A program made the translations under genes and the position numbers. A stretch of 64,000 nucleotides of DNA from Podarcis vaucheri (Eukaryota): the NCBI GenBank assembly GCA_965113315.1, contig OZ220363.1. One strand, given 5' to 3'. Below the pieces are notes generated by a model. It saw nothing but the letters and a program-made list of their open reading frames with translations, had not been told where the DNA came from and searched no databases. The stretch's first letter is position 1, and the number at the start of each line of letters is the position of its first letter. Below, piece by piece: positions 1-60,400 of this stretch.

Positions 1-4
1 ATAG

Positions 5-30556
<30,552 letters not shown>

Positions 30557-30982
30557 AATTGCATCAGACAGCGTGGCTGTTGAAGAGCTGTCCATCTTTA
30601 GTTTACTAAACTAGAAGTCTTCATAGTTAAGTGGCCTCATGTAGGCCTTCTGTATACAAACTGGTTTATGTGTATAATACAGCAGATCTTGGAGGAGGAT
30701 CCAAGTCATTGTGGCACAAGTCTTTGTACATACTTTGCTTCTCTGTGAGCATTTATTGACCGTAGAAGACTGTCTGTATTAGTTTTAGTGTACAGAGCTG
30801 TAAACAACCATTCTCTTCAATCCAGTTTCTCATAACTTTATTTGTAAAGTTGTCTTCTCTTTCTTAGCTCTTAGAAGCTCTTCAGTGGTTTTCCTTTTAT
30901 TTTTAACAACTTCTTCTCCATATAATCCTTGAACAGTTTCTGTACGGACGCATGGCATGACTTAACTAAGTGTCTTTTTGTA

Positions 30983-30988
30983 AATAAA
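30983..30988 (+). terminator. CKAP5 proximal polyadenylation signal AATAAA
   Basis: AATAAA about 430 nt after the stop codon, preceded by a U-rich tract and TGTA. Confidence 0.7.
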
Positions 30989-33661
30989 GTTTGCATTAAC
31001 TCTCTCTGGGAGCAGCAGTGGCTGTTGGTGAGAAATGTCCATCCATGTTCTTAGTTACAAGTGACTCAGCATTTCTAGTTGTCTGTGAGCTGCTGTCTAA
31101 ACCTTCACAGCAGATTTACTTTCATGGAGAAGCTGAGACACTAACATTGCAAGCATGCTTCAGGTTGAAGAAATCTTTGATTTCTATTGAGAGCACTGTT
31201 AGTCTTACCATGGCTTCCAGACTAGCATGGGGCAGAGGCAGAACATTTCACCCCCTAAAAAACCACTTTCCAAGCCCTTCTCTGTATTTTAATCTAGTTA
31301 GCCTACAAGTGCTAGAATGCTCAGGTTCCTTTTAAGGATTTAGTTTCATCCATTTTGAGAACTGGTTTTTTTTTACATGGTGGATGATCAGTATCCTACA
31401 CTAAAGACATGTTGGCCTTTCCTCATATGTCAGTTGCTATACATGCTGGAGCCCAGAATATTTCAATGTGCTAATTTGCTCTTAGATATATTTTTAGCTC
31501 TGCTGTCAGCCTGAAAGTTTTGTAGTAAATGTATGATCAGTGATTGCTGCTAGTGGTTGAGAACATAGTCTTGGGGGCACTGTTTCCAAAATACATGTGT
31601 TCTCAGAAGGTGAATTATACTGTGGCAGTTGACAGTCACATGGATGTGGTTGTGGGGAATTGTTCTGGAGGACTTGCTGCTTTTATGTATGGGTTATGCA
31701 TTTGTGTGCCTCTTAACAATCTGAGACGCAGAACTGCTATAGCACACAGTTGTTGGAGTAATTTCTAGGTTAATCTTCCCTCCTCTGCCCCTGCCTTGGA
31801 TATTTTGACATAAGTGGCATTGCACCGGCTTTAACATGCTCCCAGAAATACCAGCTCTTTCCTGTGGCTGACAGAGATTTAATTTCATTTGCATTTCTTC
31901 GTGCTTGTTAGACGTTGATTAAATAGCATTTACTATTCACCATAGTTTAGTGTTGCATCAAATCAAACTGGTTGTCTTTATAAACTTTGTTGGTCATTGT
32001 GTACACATTATGATGTGTATGCTGATTTGGAAGCGATGCCCGTAAGAGGGCGCATCCCAGAGTGTGCATTATTTGCCTTCTGGGAGGACTCTGCACACGT
32101 CCCATTTTTAACTTGCAGTTTTTTTCAGTGGATGCCACTTCATATTGAATCAGCTGCCTTAGCTAGGGCTATGAAAGATTGAATCAGCACCTGTCAGCCA
32201 CATCATTCTATAGCACTTTGGTGTGCCTTGCAGTGGTGCAAAATGCATACAGTTTGTGGGGCTCTGAGTTGCTGCTTGTGCACATCTAGTGATAGCCTCC
32301 TCTTGTAGCTGATGCCCTGTTCCTTACTCTTATGTTGGAGCTCACACTGGTATAGTAAGTGCAAGGAACAGAGAGGTAATGGTCATTAGAAATACAATTT
32401 GCAGGGGGTGTGTATGCGTGTCATTAGTGAGATTTGAAAATGCAATGAAGTCTCTGGCAAACTTTGTTTTCTCTAAAAAGATGCTTTCCCCACCACTAGG
32501 TGTGGCTTTAGTTTTGATACATTCTCCCCTTTCAGTGCTGGTTTCAGAAATGCCCTATTTAAGCCACGTTTAGCTTAACCTAGAGCCAATGGAAATGTTT
32601 CTACAGTATGTTTGAATAAATGTTACATTTTACTACTAAAATTCTCTGTACTCCCTCAGTCTTGGTGACCTACCTATGATAGGTACTCAAGGAGAACTAG
32701 CTCCTTTGCCTACCTGTGTCTGAAAGGACAACGTCTGATCAGCATTAGTATAAATAACAGGTTTTTGATGAATATAAACTATCTTAATGGCGTATGCACC
32801 ATATCCTTATAGCACATTCGAAGCACATTCTTTCCTTCAAAGAATTCTGGGCAGTGTAGTTAATCGCTCCCAGATTTACAATTCTCAGCAGCCCATAACA
32901 AATAGGGCCCAAAATTCTTTGAGGCGGGAAATTAAAGATATAGTATGTATGCAACCTTTGTCAATATTCATGGAATTTGACTAGTTTTCTCCATTGTATC
33001 TTTTAATGATGCCTCACTTAGAAATGGTTCCTGCTGTAGAAAAGGCTCAATTTAACAGCCGTGGCAATGGTGGGGTACATTTCTTTGCTTGCAGACACTA
33101 CTGTTTTTTGTTTAATGGGATTAAACTGCATCCCACAGCAACTGCATCAAAGAACACACAAGCTGCCCTTTGGTTTACTCCCATGAATATCATAGAGTGG
33201 TGCTTGTAGTTTCACTTTGAACTATATTTTTTGTATTGAAATTGCTGGAAGAAAACATACTTCAATCAAAATGTATCTGCTTTCTGCCCAGAACCCCAAA
33301 ACCGATGAACTATAGGCAACTTCTTTTACTCTCTCCTTTTTGAAGGCAAAAACGCAGGCTAAGTGGACTCCTACCTTTGTTACTCTAAGATAAATAAGGC
33401 TACATAACTTACAACTTCTTATGCTAAGGCTGTAACCCTAGCCACACTTGAGGATTTCCCATTGTATATTGTGAGGCTTGATTCTAAAAGATCTTGCGTA
33501 GGGTTATCCTGCGCAGCTATTTAACTTGCTCATTCAACCAGATACAGTACATTCACCTTAGTCACAGTTTTGCTTTGCTAACTTTTCAAGTAGTACCTGT
33601 ACTGCTAAGTTCCCTTTTTTGCAATTGACAACAAAGGAGATTGAGTACTTGGTCCAGAACC

Positions 33662-33667
33662 TTTATT
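33662..33667 (-). terminator. F2 polyadenylation signal AATAAA
   Basis: tttatt on the + strand, about 110 nt past the F2 stop codon; a short 3' UTR as in other F2 genes. Confidence 0.8.
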
Positions 33668-33777
33668 GAGGTTTTGTGCCAAAATACGTTTCCTTCCTTA
33701 GGCTTTTAGTTACCTGTCATATTTGACCACTATACATACATCTCTAAATCATTGTGCAGGTGCTGAGCTTAAGTTCT

Positions 33778-52169
<18,392 letters not shown>

Positions 52170-52236
52170 TGCGTGTGCGCCTGACTGCAGGAAGATTGCA
52201 GAGGAAATGGATGAAGAATGATTGCAGCCCAGCCTG

Positions 52237-52250
52237 GGTTAATGTTGAAC
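52237..52250. promoter_or_regulatory. HNF1-like site in the F2 proximal promoter
   Basis: GGTTAATGTTGAAC resembles the consensus GGTTAATNATTAAC, about 70 bp upstream of the ATG of a liver-expressed gene. Confidence 0.45.
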
Positions 52251-54551
52251 CAGGATGAAGAAACAGGAACCAGGTCACAGTATGTCAGGGACAGTAAGTT
52301 TGAAGATCTCACTATCTCACCCATCCTGGTTTTCCTCTCCCTCTCTCCCTCCCTTGCATTTTTGCTTTCAGGTGCCTTGGTGGCACAAGCAACCAATGGA
52401 ACAAGAACAATTCCACCCATACATTTAGATTGCTTGTGGTCTCAGAACACCGAATAAACATAGACTGACATTAGGAAACAATATGCACGTCTTATTATTA
52501 CGTCATTATTTCATAAAGCAGAGGACATTTGGCTATCCTGGCTTAAAATAAGGGAACTGCCATTTGTTTAGAAAATCCTCCTGTTGCAGATATTTAATCC
52601 AGATGCCAAAAGGTCTATTCCCTGTCTTTACTTCTGTGATCCTGTTCTAGAATACATTGAGAGACTGAATTTCTTCTCCCTTCCACAATTTATAATTCTT
52701 TGATTCTTGGATGTCTCTCAGCAAAAATTCAATGAGATCCCCATGACTTCTTTCTGAATGCCCAAAGAGATGTGTTTGATTATATGTGTGTTGGAAAGGA
52801 GTCCAAGAAGTCAGCACAGATGGAAGACACCAAGGAGTCAATTCATTAAATATTTGCATCCTGTTTCTGTTCATTTGTATCTTTTAAATTTTCCCCGTTT
52901 AATTGTGGTTTGGACATAAATGAATTTAAAACAAATATTTGGTATATTGACCAGCCACTTTTAATGGGTAAATGTAATTTTCAAACAGATGCATGTCATA
53001 AACTCTTCAAGATTGTAGTGCAAGTCCTGTAAGGTGAATACAGATGAATAATTATTGTATTCACTGAACACGATATTCGATACTCATTGAATACAATATA
53101 CAAAATTGAATACAAAAACTTCATTGGGTTCAAATGGGTATGGAAAGGCAGCTAAACTCAAAGGCCCAGAGCACCTTTCAAATGAAGAAAGGCTTGAGAA
53201 CATGGGGTTTTACTTTATGAAGGAACACAGAAGTTTGTAAAATCATGATTGCTTGGAGCGAGCAGCTTGAGCGAAATGTCTTCTGTTTTCATAACACTTA
53301 TGTACACCCAGTGTAGCTGACTGCGACTAAGTCCAGGACTTAAAAAGGAAGCACTTCTTCACACATAATGTAAGACAATAAGATGTGGGGATAGTCACTA
53401 GCAGCTTGGCAACTTCTTAAAAGGATTAGGCAAATTAATAAAGGCAAGGTTCATCAAAGCCTATTTTAGTTAAACGCAGTGCTATTTTTTGAGAAAAAGA
53501 TGTGCCGGAACTCACCATGAAAGCCTCCCTCATTCTCTTAGTATGGCGAAGGCACCCACCTGACAGGTGCCAGAACTACGTTCGAGTGAGTTCCCCCTGA
53601 AAATAGCCCTGGCTAAATCGAACCTCCATTTTCAGGGGCAGCGCAGCTCTGACTATCAGATGAACAAAACACCACAGAGTGACTACTACCTTGCTTATGA
53701 GCTTCTAGAGACATCTGACTGGCTACTAGAAACAGAATGCTGGACTTGATAAATCCAGCAAAGCAATTCTTATCTTCAAATTTATTGAGATGAGTCTTAC
53801 TGATAAAATAATTAAATTAGGAGTCAGTACAGTTAGATCTTGAAGTTCTAAGGCCATAATCTGAGCCATATACTCTTGATCAAAATAAATTAGCAACATC
53901 AAATTCATCACTTGGAATTTAGGTCTTTGGAGATTCCAAATTAGTCCACCGTTTAGTAAAACAGGTCCCTACCCCATCCTCATCTGAGACAAACTGTAAG
54001 TGTAGGAGGAGCTTAGAGAACTATCAATCTCAGGCCCCTTTCTCTTACTCTTCTCTGTCTCTCTTCTGTAATGGTCTTCTAGTCAGTATTTGTTATCTCC
54101 ATTGTACGCAAGTAAATATTAGCATTAGGATAGCTGGGAAGTGACTCTTTGGCCACTTGTACAAAGAGCAATTGCACAGTCCCCACCTCCAACAGATTGT
54201 AGAGTTTGAAGAACACAGAGTCTCTTTCTAACACACAATAAAGCAGAGAGATTTGAGAAATGCCCAGTTCTGGGTCTAGCTTACTGGGATATTTAGGCAG
54301 AGCCTGAGTTCAACCACAGGAGAACATCCAGACAAAGAGTTCTGGCCCATGTATGAAGGGAAACGTTTGAAGAACATTCACAAGCTGTCAAGACTACAAC
54401 ACTGCTTCCTGTAACATCTTCTCAAACCTGAACTTTTGTGAAGGTTGAGATCAGACTAGTAGCCCTCGTTAGTTCAGCATTTCTAACTTCCTGAACAACT
54501 CCCCTTTTCACCTTATAACATCTGCTACAATCTCTTTCCCATCTCTACATA

Positions 54552-54798
54552 CAGAGTTACCTCGGGTTACAAACGCTTCAGGTTACATACGCTTCAGGTT
54601 ACAGACTCCGCTAACCCAGAAATATTACCTCTGGTTAAGAACTTTGCTTCAGGATGAGAACAGAAATCGTGCTCCGGCGGCGCGGCAGCAGCAGGAGGCC
54701 CCATTAGCTAAAGTGGTGCTTCAGGTTAAGAACAGTTTCAGGTTAAGAATGGACCTCCGGAACGAATTACTGTAAGTACTTAACCCAAGGTACCACTG
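54552..54798. mobile_element. Tc1/mariner (Tigger-like) MITE, opposite orientation to the copy at 5754
   Basis: TA-CAGAGTTACCTCGGGTTAC ... AAGGTACCACTG-TA; interior is the reverse complement of the other two copies. Confidence 0.85.
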
Positions 54799-57419
54799 TA
54801 CAGATCTAGTAAATATTAATAACTGCCAATCCATCAGGTTGCAGCAGATGGAAAGATGGGAAGCAGGGCCACTCAATTATCTCAGCTGAGAAGCTATCTT
54901 CATTTGGCTCCACCTATCCTTGACTTGTTTACGTTCAGGCTGGTCTTTGCAATAACTTCGTAACTTAAAAACTGGTACCCAAGTCTGCTTAATTCTCGCC
55001 ACCTTTTAAACATGACACAAAAGATAGTAAACTATCTTGTGTGTTCGAGCCCTTACATAAGTGGCTCAAAGAGTTTTTTTATCTGAGGCATTATCACAGG
55101 ACCCCCCAAGCCCTTGTTTTCAAACCATGTGCATCATGCAAACAAGTGCATATGCTTAAAAGACTGGCATAAGACACCTCCCTCCAATCCGTGATTGGTT
55201 GGGATCAGCGCAACCAACAAACGTGCTTGACACCACATCAGCAATGATAGAAGATTGATATTCTGACTCATGCATGGATTTCTTGGGTTTTGGCATCAGC
55301 AAGTCACTTTGCAGCTGTGTCAATATTGATACATGGAAAAGCTGCACCACTCTCTTGGAAAAGACAAAAAACATACAGTACATGCCAGCCATTCTAGATC
55401 ACTGCTCCAAATCCTACTGCCTCAAAAGACTGCTTCCTTTGTGACTGCTTGTAAATGTACCACTGGGTGAGCCCAACAGTAGGAAGTCAGTACTGTAATC
55501 TCAAGCATCTGTTTACTTTATCAAAACAGTTTGGAAATGTGGGGGTAGCAGAGACATAGGAAAAGCAACAAGTGTAGTTATGTGACCTATTGCTACCAGC
55601 ACCAAATGACAGCTGGCCCATCCTAACTATTCAAGAAGGAAGCATGTGGTAAATGAACACCACTTTGCAGAGGCTGTGACTATGTAATAAATTATGTTGT
55701 TGACAATGCAAGCCACCTAGCAAATGAATAAACCCAAGTGCGTTAGACCTCAATGTATTTTCTGGAAATAGCAAAGCACTAAGGAAGAACTGTTAAAATG
55801 TCATATTGGACCACAGACACTCGCGATCCAATTTCTACCCAGCCGTGAAGTTTTGATTTGGCTTTGGGCAATTCAGACTCTCTTGGCTCAGTTTCCTATG
55901 TGTTAAAATAACCGACTGGCCTATCACCACAAGATGCTGGGAAGAAGAAAATTACTCTCAAGTAGTGAATACAACCGCATAAAGTGATAAAAAAATGGAA
56001 AATAAAAAAATTCCCATCCAACATTAATTCAAATTAGCTTGGACCAAAACTACTAACTATACATTGCAACACTATGGTGCAACATGACCTCCTGACAGGA
56101 AGTCTGTGATACTCACCATCAAGGAAAAGCTAAACAAAACAAAAGTAGAAAATTTGGCAAAGTACTATGTTAAAACGAGACAATGTAATTAAGCATCATT
56201 TTCACTTGTCAGTTTTTATATACTGTAATGAAATGCATTACAGGCATAGCAAAGATCTTCCTCATTGATTTACTTCCGTGTGAATGAAAATTGTCACCAT
56301 TTGAATCTTGCTCCTGCAGTATGAAGTGGTCTAATCCAGCAACACAGGTATCATATGCAACTGCTGAGATGATATTTACCAGATCCAATGAATTGGTTTT
56401 ATTTTAAAAGCAAACCTTTGGATTACAGTTGCAGCCACTCTGAGATCTACAATTCTCACTCAGACTGCAATGTGCTGACTTGGGCAAAACCCAAACACCA
56501 TCTTGGTAGGTATCAAACAAATGTATCTGGGACTCCACATCATGGTAATAATATACATAACCAACAATCACACTGTGGCTAATTTGCATGGTGACTATCA
56601 CAGCATCACCAGCACAAGCCCATGGAGAGGTAGAACTGGCAAAAGAAACACCTATATGTTCTGTCTGAGTCACACGATTGACTGAATGTGCTACCACAAT
56701 GTTTTTGAGAGCTGCTTACATCACCAAGCTAATGTGGGAGTTGGATCTTAGCCAATGTTGTCATTAGCTGTTATTAAAGCAGGCATCTGATGGCTTCATC
56801 CCCTACTCAGATGCAGCAAGTATCAAGTTTAAGCACAGTTTGGGCAAATGAGTCAGGAGCAGTAGCTTCCTGTTATTTATACCTCTGAAGCTAAAGAACT
56901 TTGAACCCTCAATGGTGTTGACATAATCCTTGCACACCTCAGAAAATTGTTGGAAGTTCCTGCTCTTTTACTTTAAAAAAGATATACTTCCATACTTTCT
57001 ATTGCATTAATTTTTGGACCATATGTGCATAACCATGTGGAAATCTGCAGACGCTTCAGCACTCAGTCAGTTTTGCCACGTTTTCACTAAACATATGTAA
57101 CACACAAGCAGAACCGGTGCAATTCCTGACACTGGATCAATTTGAAACAAATTCTGTTAGTATAGAAGAGATGTATAGTGAAGACTTTCTTCCAGGCATA
57201 ACCTCATCTATCAGGCAGACCCTTTTGCCCAGGCTTACGGGCTTTGGAAATGATGGTGGGAATCCAGCCATAGCCTTGGCCAAACTGAAGTCACCTATTC
57301 CCTTCTAAACATCCCAGTATATATTTCATAACCCGCATGCTGTTTTCTTGCAAACACATAGAAAGAGCACACTCAGACTTCCAAAGATGTTTTAATGCTA
57401 TCTGCAAAAAGATTGACAG

Positions 57420-60400
57420 TCATGTCCCTACCTCCACCTCCACCACCTCCGCCACTGTGCTAAAACTGACACCCTCTTGAATAATGAACATGTCACTGGC
57501 GGAGCCCTGCTCCTGCACAATGATGCATTCTTTCTCCGTGTCCGAGACAGCAATCTCAATGACGTTCTTGTGCTTGGCAGAGCTCTGTGGTGCGGTAACA
57601 TAGTGCCCATCATTGGTGATAAGGAGCTCTGTGTGCTTTCCAGGCCCTGCCGTGTCCACAGAGTGCACTACCAGCACAGGTGGCTGCTCTGAAGCTGGCA
57701 GCTCCTGGGGGGCTTTTGTGTCCCTTTGGGATGGATCCCCATCTAGGTTTCCTTTGTGCTCAAGCTGGTGACGTCGCAGGCTCTGGGGGAGGGTGTAGCC
57801 CATGCCACAAATTTGGCACTGGTACGGCTTGTCAGCGTGGTGGGCTTTCTGGTGGCGTCGCAATTTTGTGGCCAGAGGATAGGATTTAGGGCACAGATGG
57901 CAGCGGAAAGGGCGCTCGCCTGTGTGCAAACGTTCGTGAGCCCGTAACGTGTGGGGATCACGCAGTGCTTTCCCACACACTGTGCACAGGTGAGCCTCAC
58001 CTGTGTGGGAGATCAGGTGACGGCGCAGCTCAGGGCGCTGTGGGAAGGCATCTCCACAGAAGTGGCAGCGGTAAGGGCGCTCCCCTGTATGCAACCGAAG
58101 GTGCCCACGGAGATTGCCCTGCTGGCGGAAAGACTTGGGGCAGTAGGGGCAGGTATATGGGCGTTCCCCTGTGTGCAGCCGCATATGGTTGCGCAACGAC
58201 CCAGGGTTGGCCAGCTGCCGCTCACATATCACACACTGGCAGGCGGCGGCAGCAGCAGATGGCCTTGGCTCCTTAACCTGGTGGGTTTTGCGATGGATCC
58301 GAAGAGAGGGCCGGCGGGCAAAGGATTTCCCACAGTCAGGGCATACAAAAGGGCGCTGGCCCGTGTGCAGCACCTGGTGTTCTTGAAGGTCCCGTTTGGT
58401 GCCGTAACTCTTGTGGCACTGTGGGCAGGGGAATGGCCGCACCCCTCGGTGGCCCAGTGTGTGTGCTTTAAAGCTTTCTTCCGAGCTATAGCTCTTGCCA
58501 CACTCTGTGCACAGGAACGGTTTGTGATCAGTGTGCACAAAGTGGTGCTTCTTCAGGTGGCAAAGCTGCAGGAAGGCTTTGCCACACTCTTCGCACCGGT
58601 ATCGTCGCTCGTGGTCTGCCTCCTTGAGCTGTGGAGCACCACCCATGTTGCTTGGAGACACTTCCTCCTGCTTGGGATTTTCACTCTGCTCCTCCGCCCT
58701 GTCCCTGGGTGTAGACATGGCACATCCACTGGGGGCTCCTTCTGCACAAGATTGGCCCCTCAACACCTCCACCTTCTCAGCCAAGTGAGCACTGGGTTGA
58801 ATTGCACTGGATGGGGGCGGCCGTGAACAAATGTCAGTCGGTTTTACCTTGGATAGTGTCTCATTCACTTGCTCTGTTTGTGGATGCAGCACACCATCCT
58901 CTTTACTTCCACCCTCCTCAGCCACAGAGCAGCTCACAATGGGCTGCTTCTCTCCATGCTGCTCCTTGGAGTCCCTGACCTCAAGTTGCAGGAACCCATC
59001 TTCATTCCTTTTCTTGTGATCATTTTCCAGGCCAGGAGGTTGCTTGACTGGCAGCTTCTTATCCAGCAAAGGAAGACAATGGGCTCTGGCTTTCTGCTCC
59101 ACAACCTTGGGGATATCAAGAGCACCTGCAATTTGAACCAGTAACCATTAGCTCCCTTAACAAAGAAAACAAAGTAATTATTGACACTTCAAGGTGAGAC
59201 TTCTGTTTCTATGCACTGCTCCACTCCCCACCCACTGCCTCAATCATGCTGAACAGAGATCTTTTGCTGAGCACAGAGGCTCAAGAAGTCCCACTAGTTA
59301 TCAAAGCAGTGCTTCTGAGAATTGAAACATAGCTGGGTTTAGCTAGAGAACTCTGCTTGAATTTAAATATCCTAAAAGTTTAGACTTTGGGGAGGAATAT
59401 TTTAGTATCTTCTGTAAGGCTCACTTTGGAAACACAGCTTCCTTAATCTTTTTGACGCAAATTGGATTTCTCTGAAGTGCTTTACTACATAACTTAGAAT
59501 GAGGTTACAGAAATGTGTAGAAACAGCAAATTTCAACACTCTTATCATTTGTAATCTTTGCTGTTTTCTTTAGAAAGCAAGAATTGCAAACTAAAACAGC
59601 TTAGCCACACAGTCACAATACCAGGGACCTGTGTTTCTCCCTTATTTACAACAAGCAGAGTTACCTTGAGCAGTTTAATTCACCTAAGAAAATTCTTAAG
59701 GAAACAGACATGGATATAGAATGTCACAGGAAAATGAAGTTCTGTGTGTGAGAAAACCAAGAGAGAGTAAGGAGCTTGACTGATTCCAACATTATGGACA
59801 GGAGTTGCCCACATTATTTGTGGATGCCCATTATTGTTAAAATGGTATAAAACTAACGTAAGCTTCTAGTGCAGACATACCCTCAGATATTTGATCAAAT
59901 GTACTCTGGCATGATAAACATTCTGATTCACCATGTGCACTTCTCAAAGAAATCGCCTCCTCCAGCACTGCAATAAAATAGCAAAGCACTGTTTGCAAGG
60001 GTGGGGCTGGCCAGTGCTGTTGATCAAAATAAAGGTCACTGGCTAGAGGAGTGGACATTGGCCTGAGTTCCACTTCTGCCTGGCTGTAAGCTGATTGAAT
60101 TGTCCTGGGCAAGAATATGCTTCCACACTTGGTTCCCAATCAGCACTGCTGAAATATTCCTTATTCACAGCAAGAGAGTGTATACATTCTGAACAAGTTG
60201 CCTCCCACAGTACCATTTGAAGGAAAACAGGAACCCCTAACTTTCAAGTTAAAATATTATTATCAGTCTGAGTTTGTTCACAGACAGATGACAATTTAGG
60301 TCTGTGAAAATCAAATCATGTACTATAAACTCTTTTTGTGAAAGGAAGGACGAAACACAGGGTGCTTCAACTACAGCTGCCTGGGTGTGCAGTTTGGCAG

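Noticed and set aside
57951-58826. 291-aa plus-strand ORF antisense to ZNF408
   Set aside because: A typical shadow frame of a C2H2 zinc-finger exon, with no recognisable domain.
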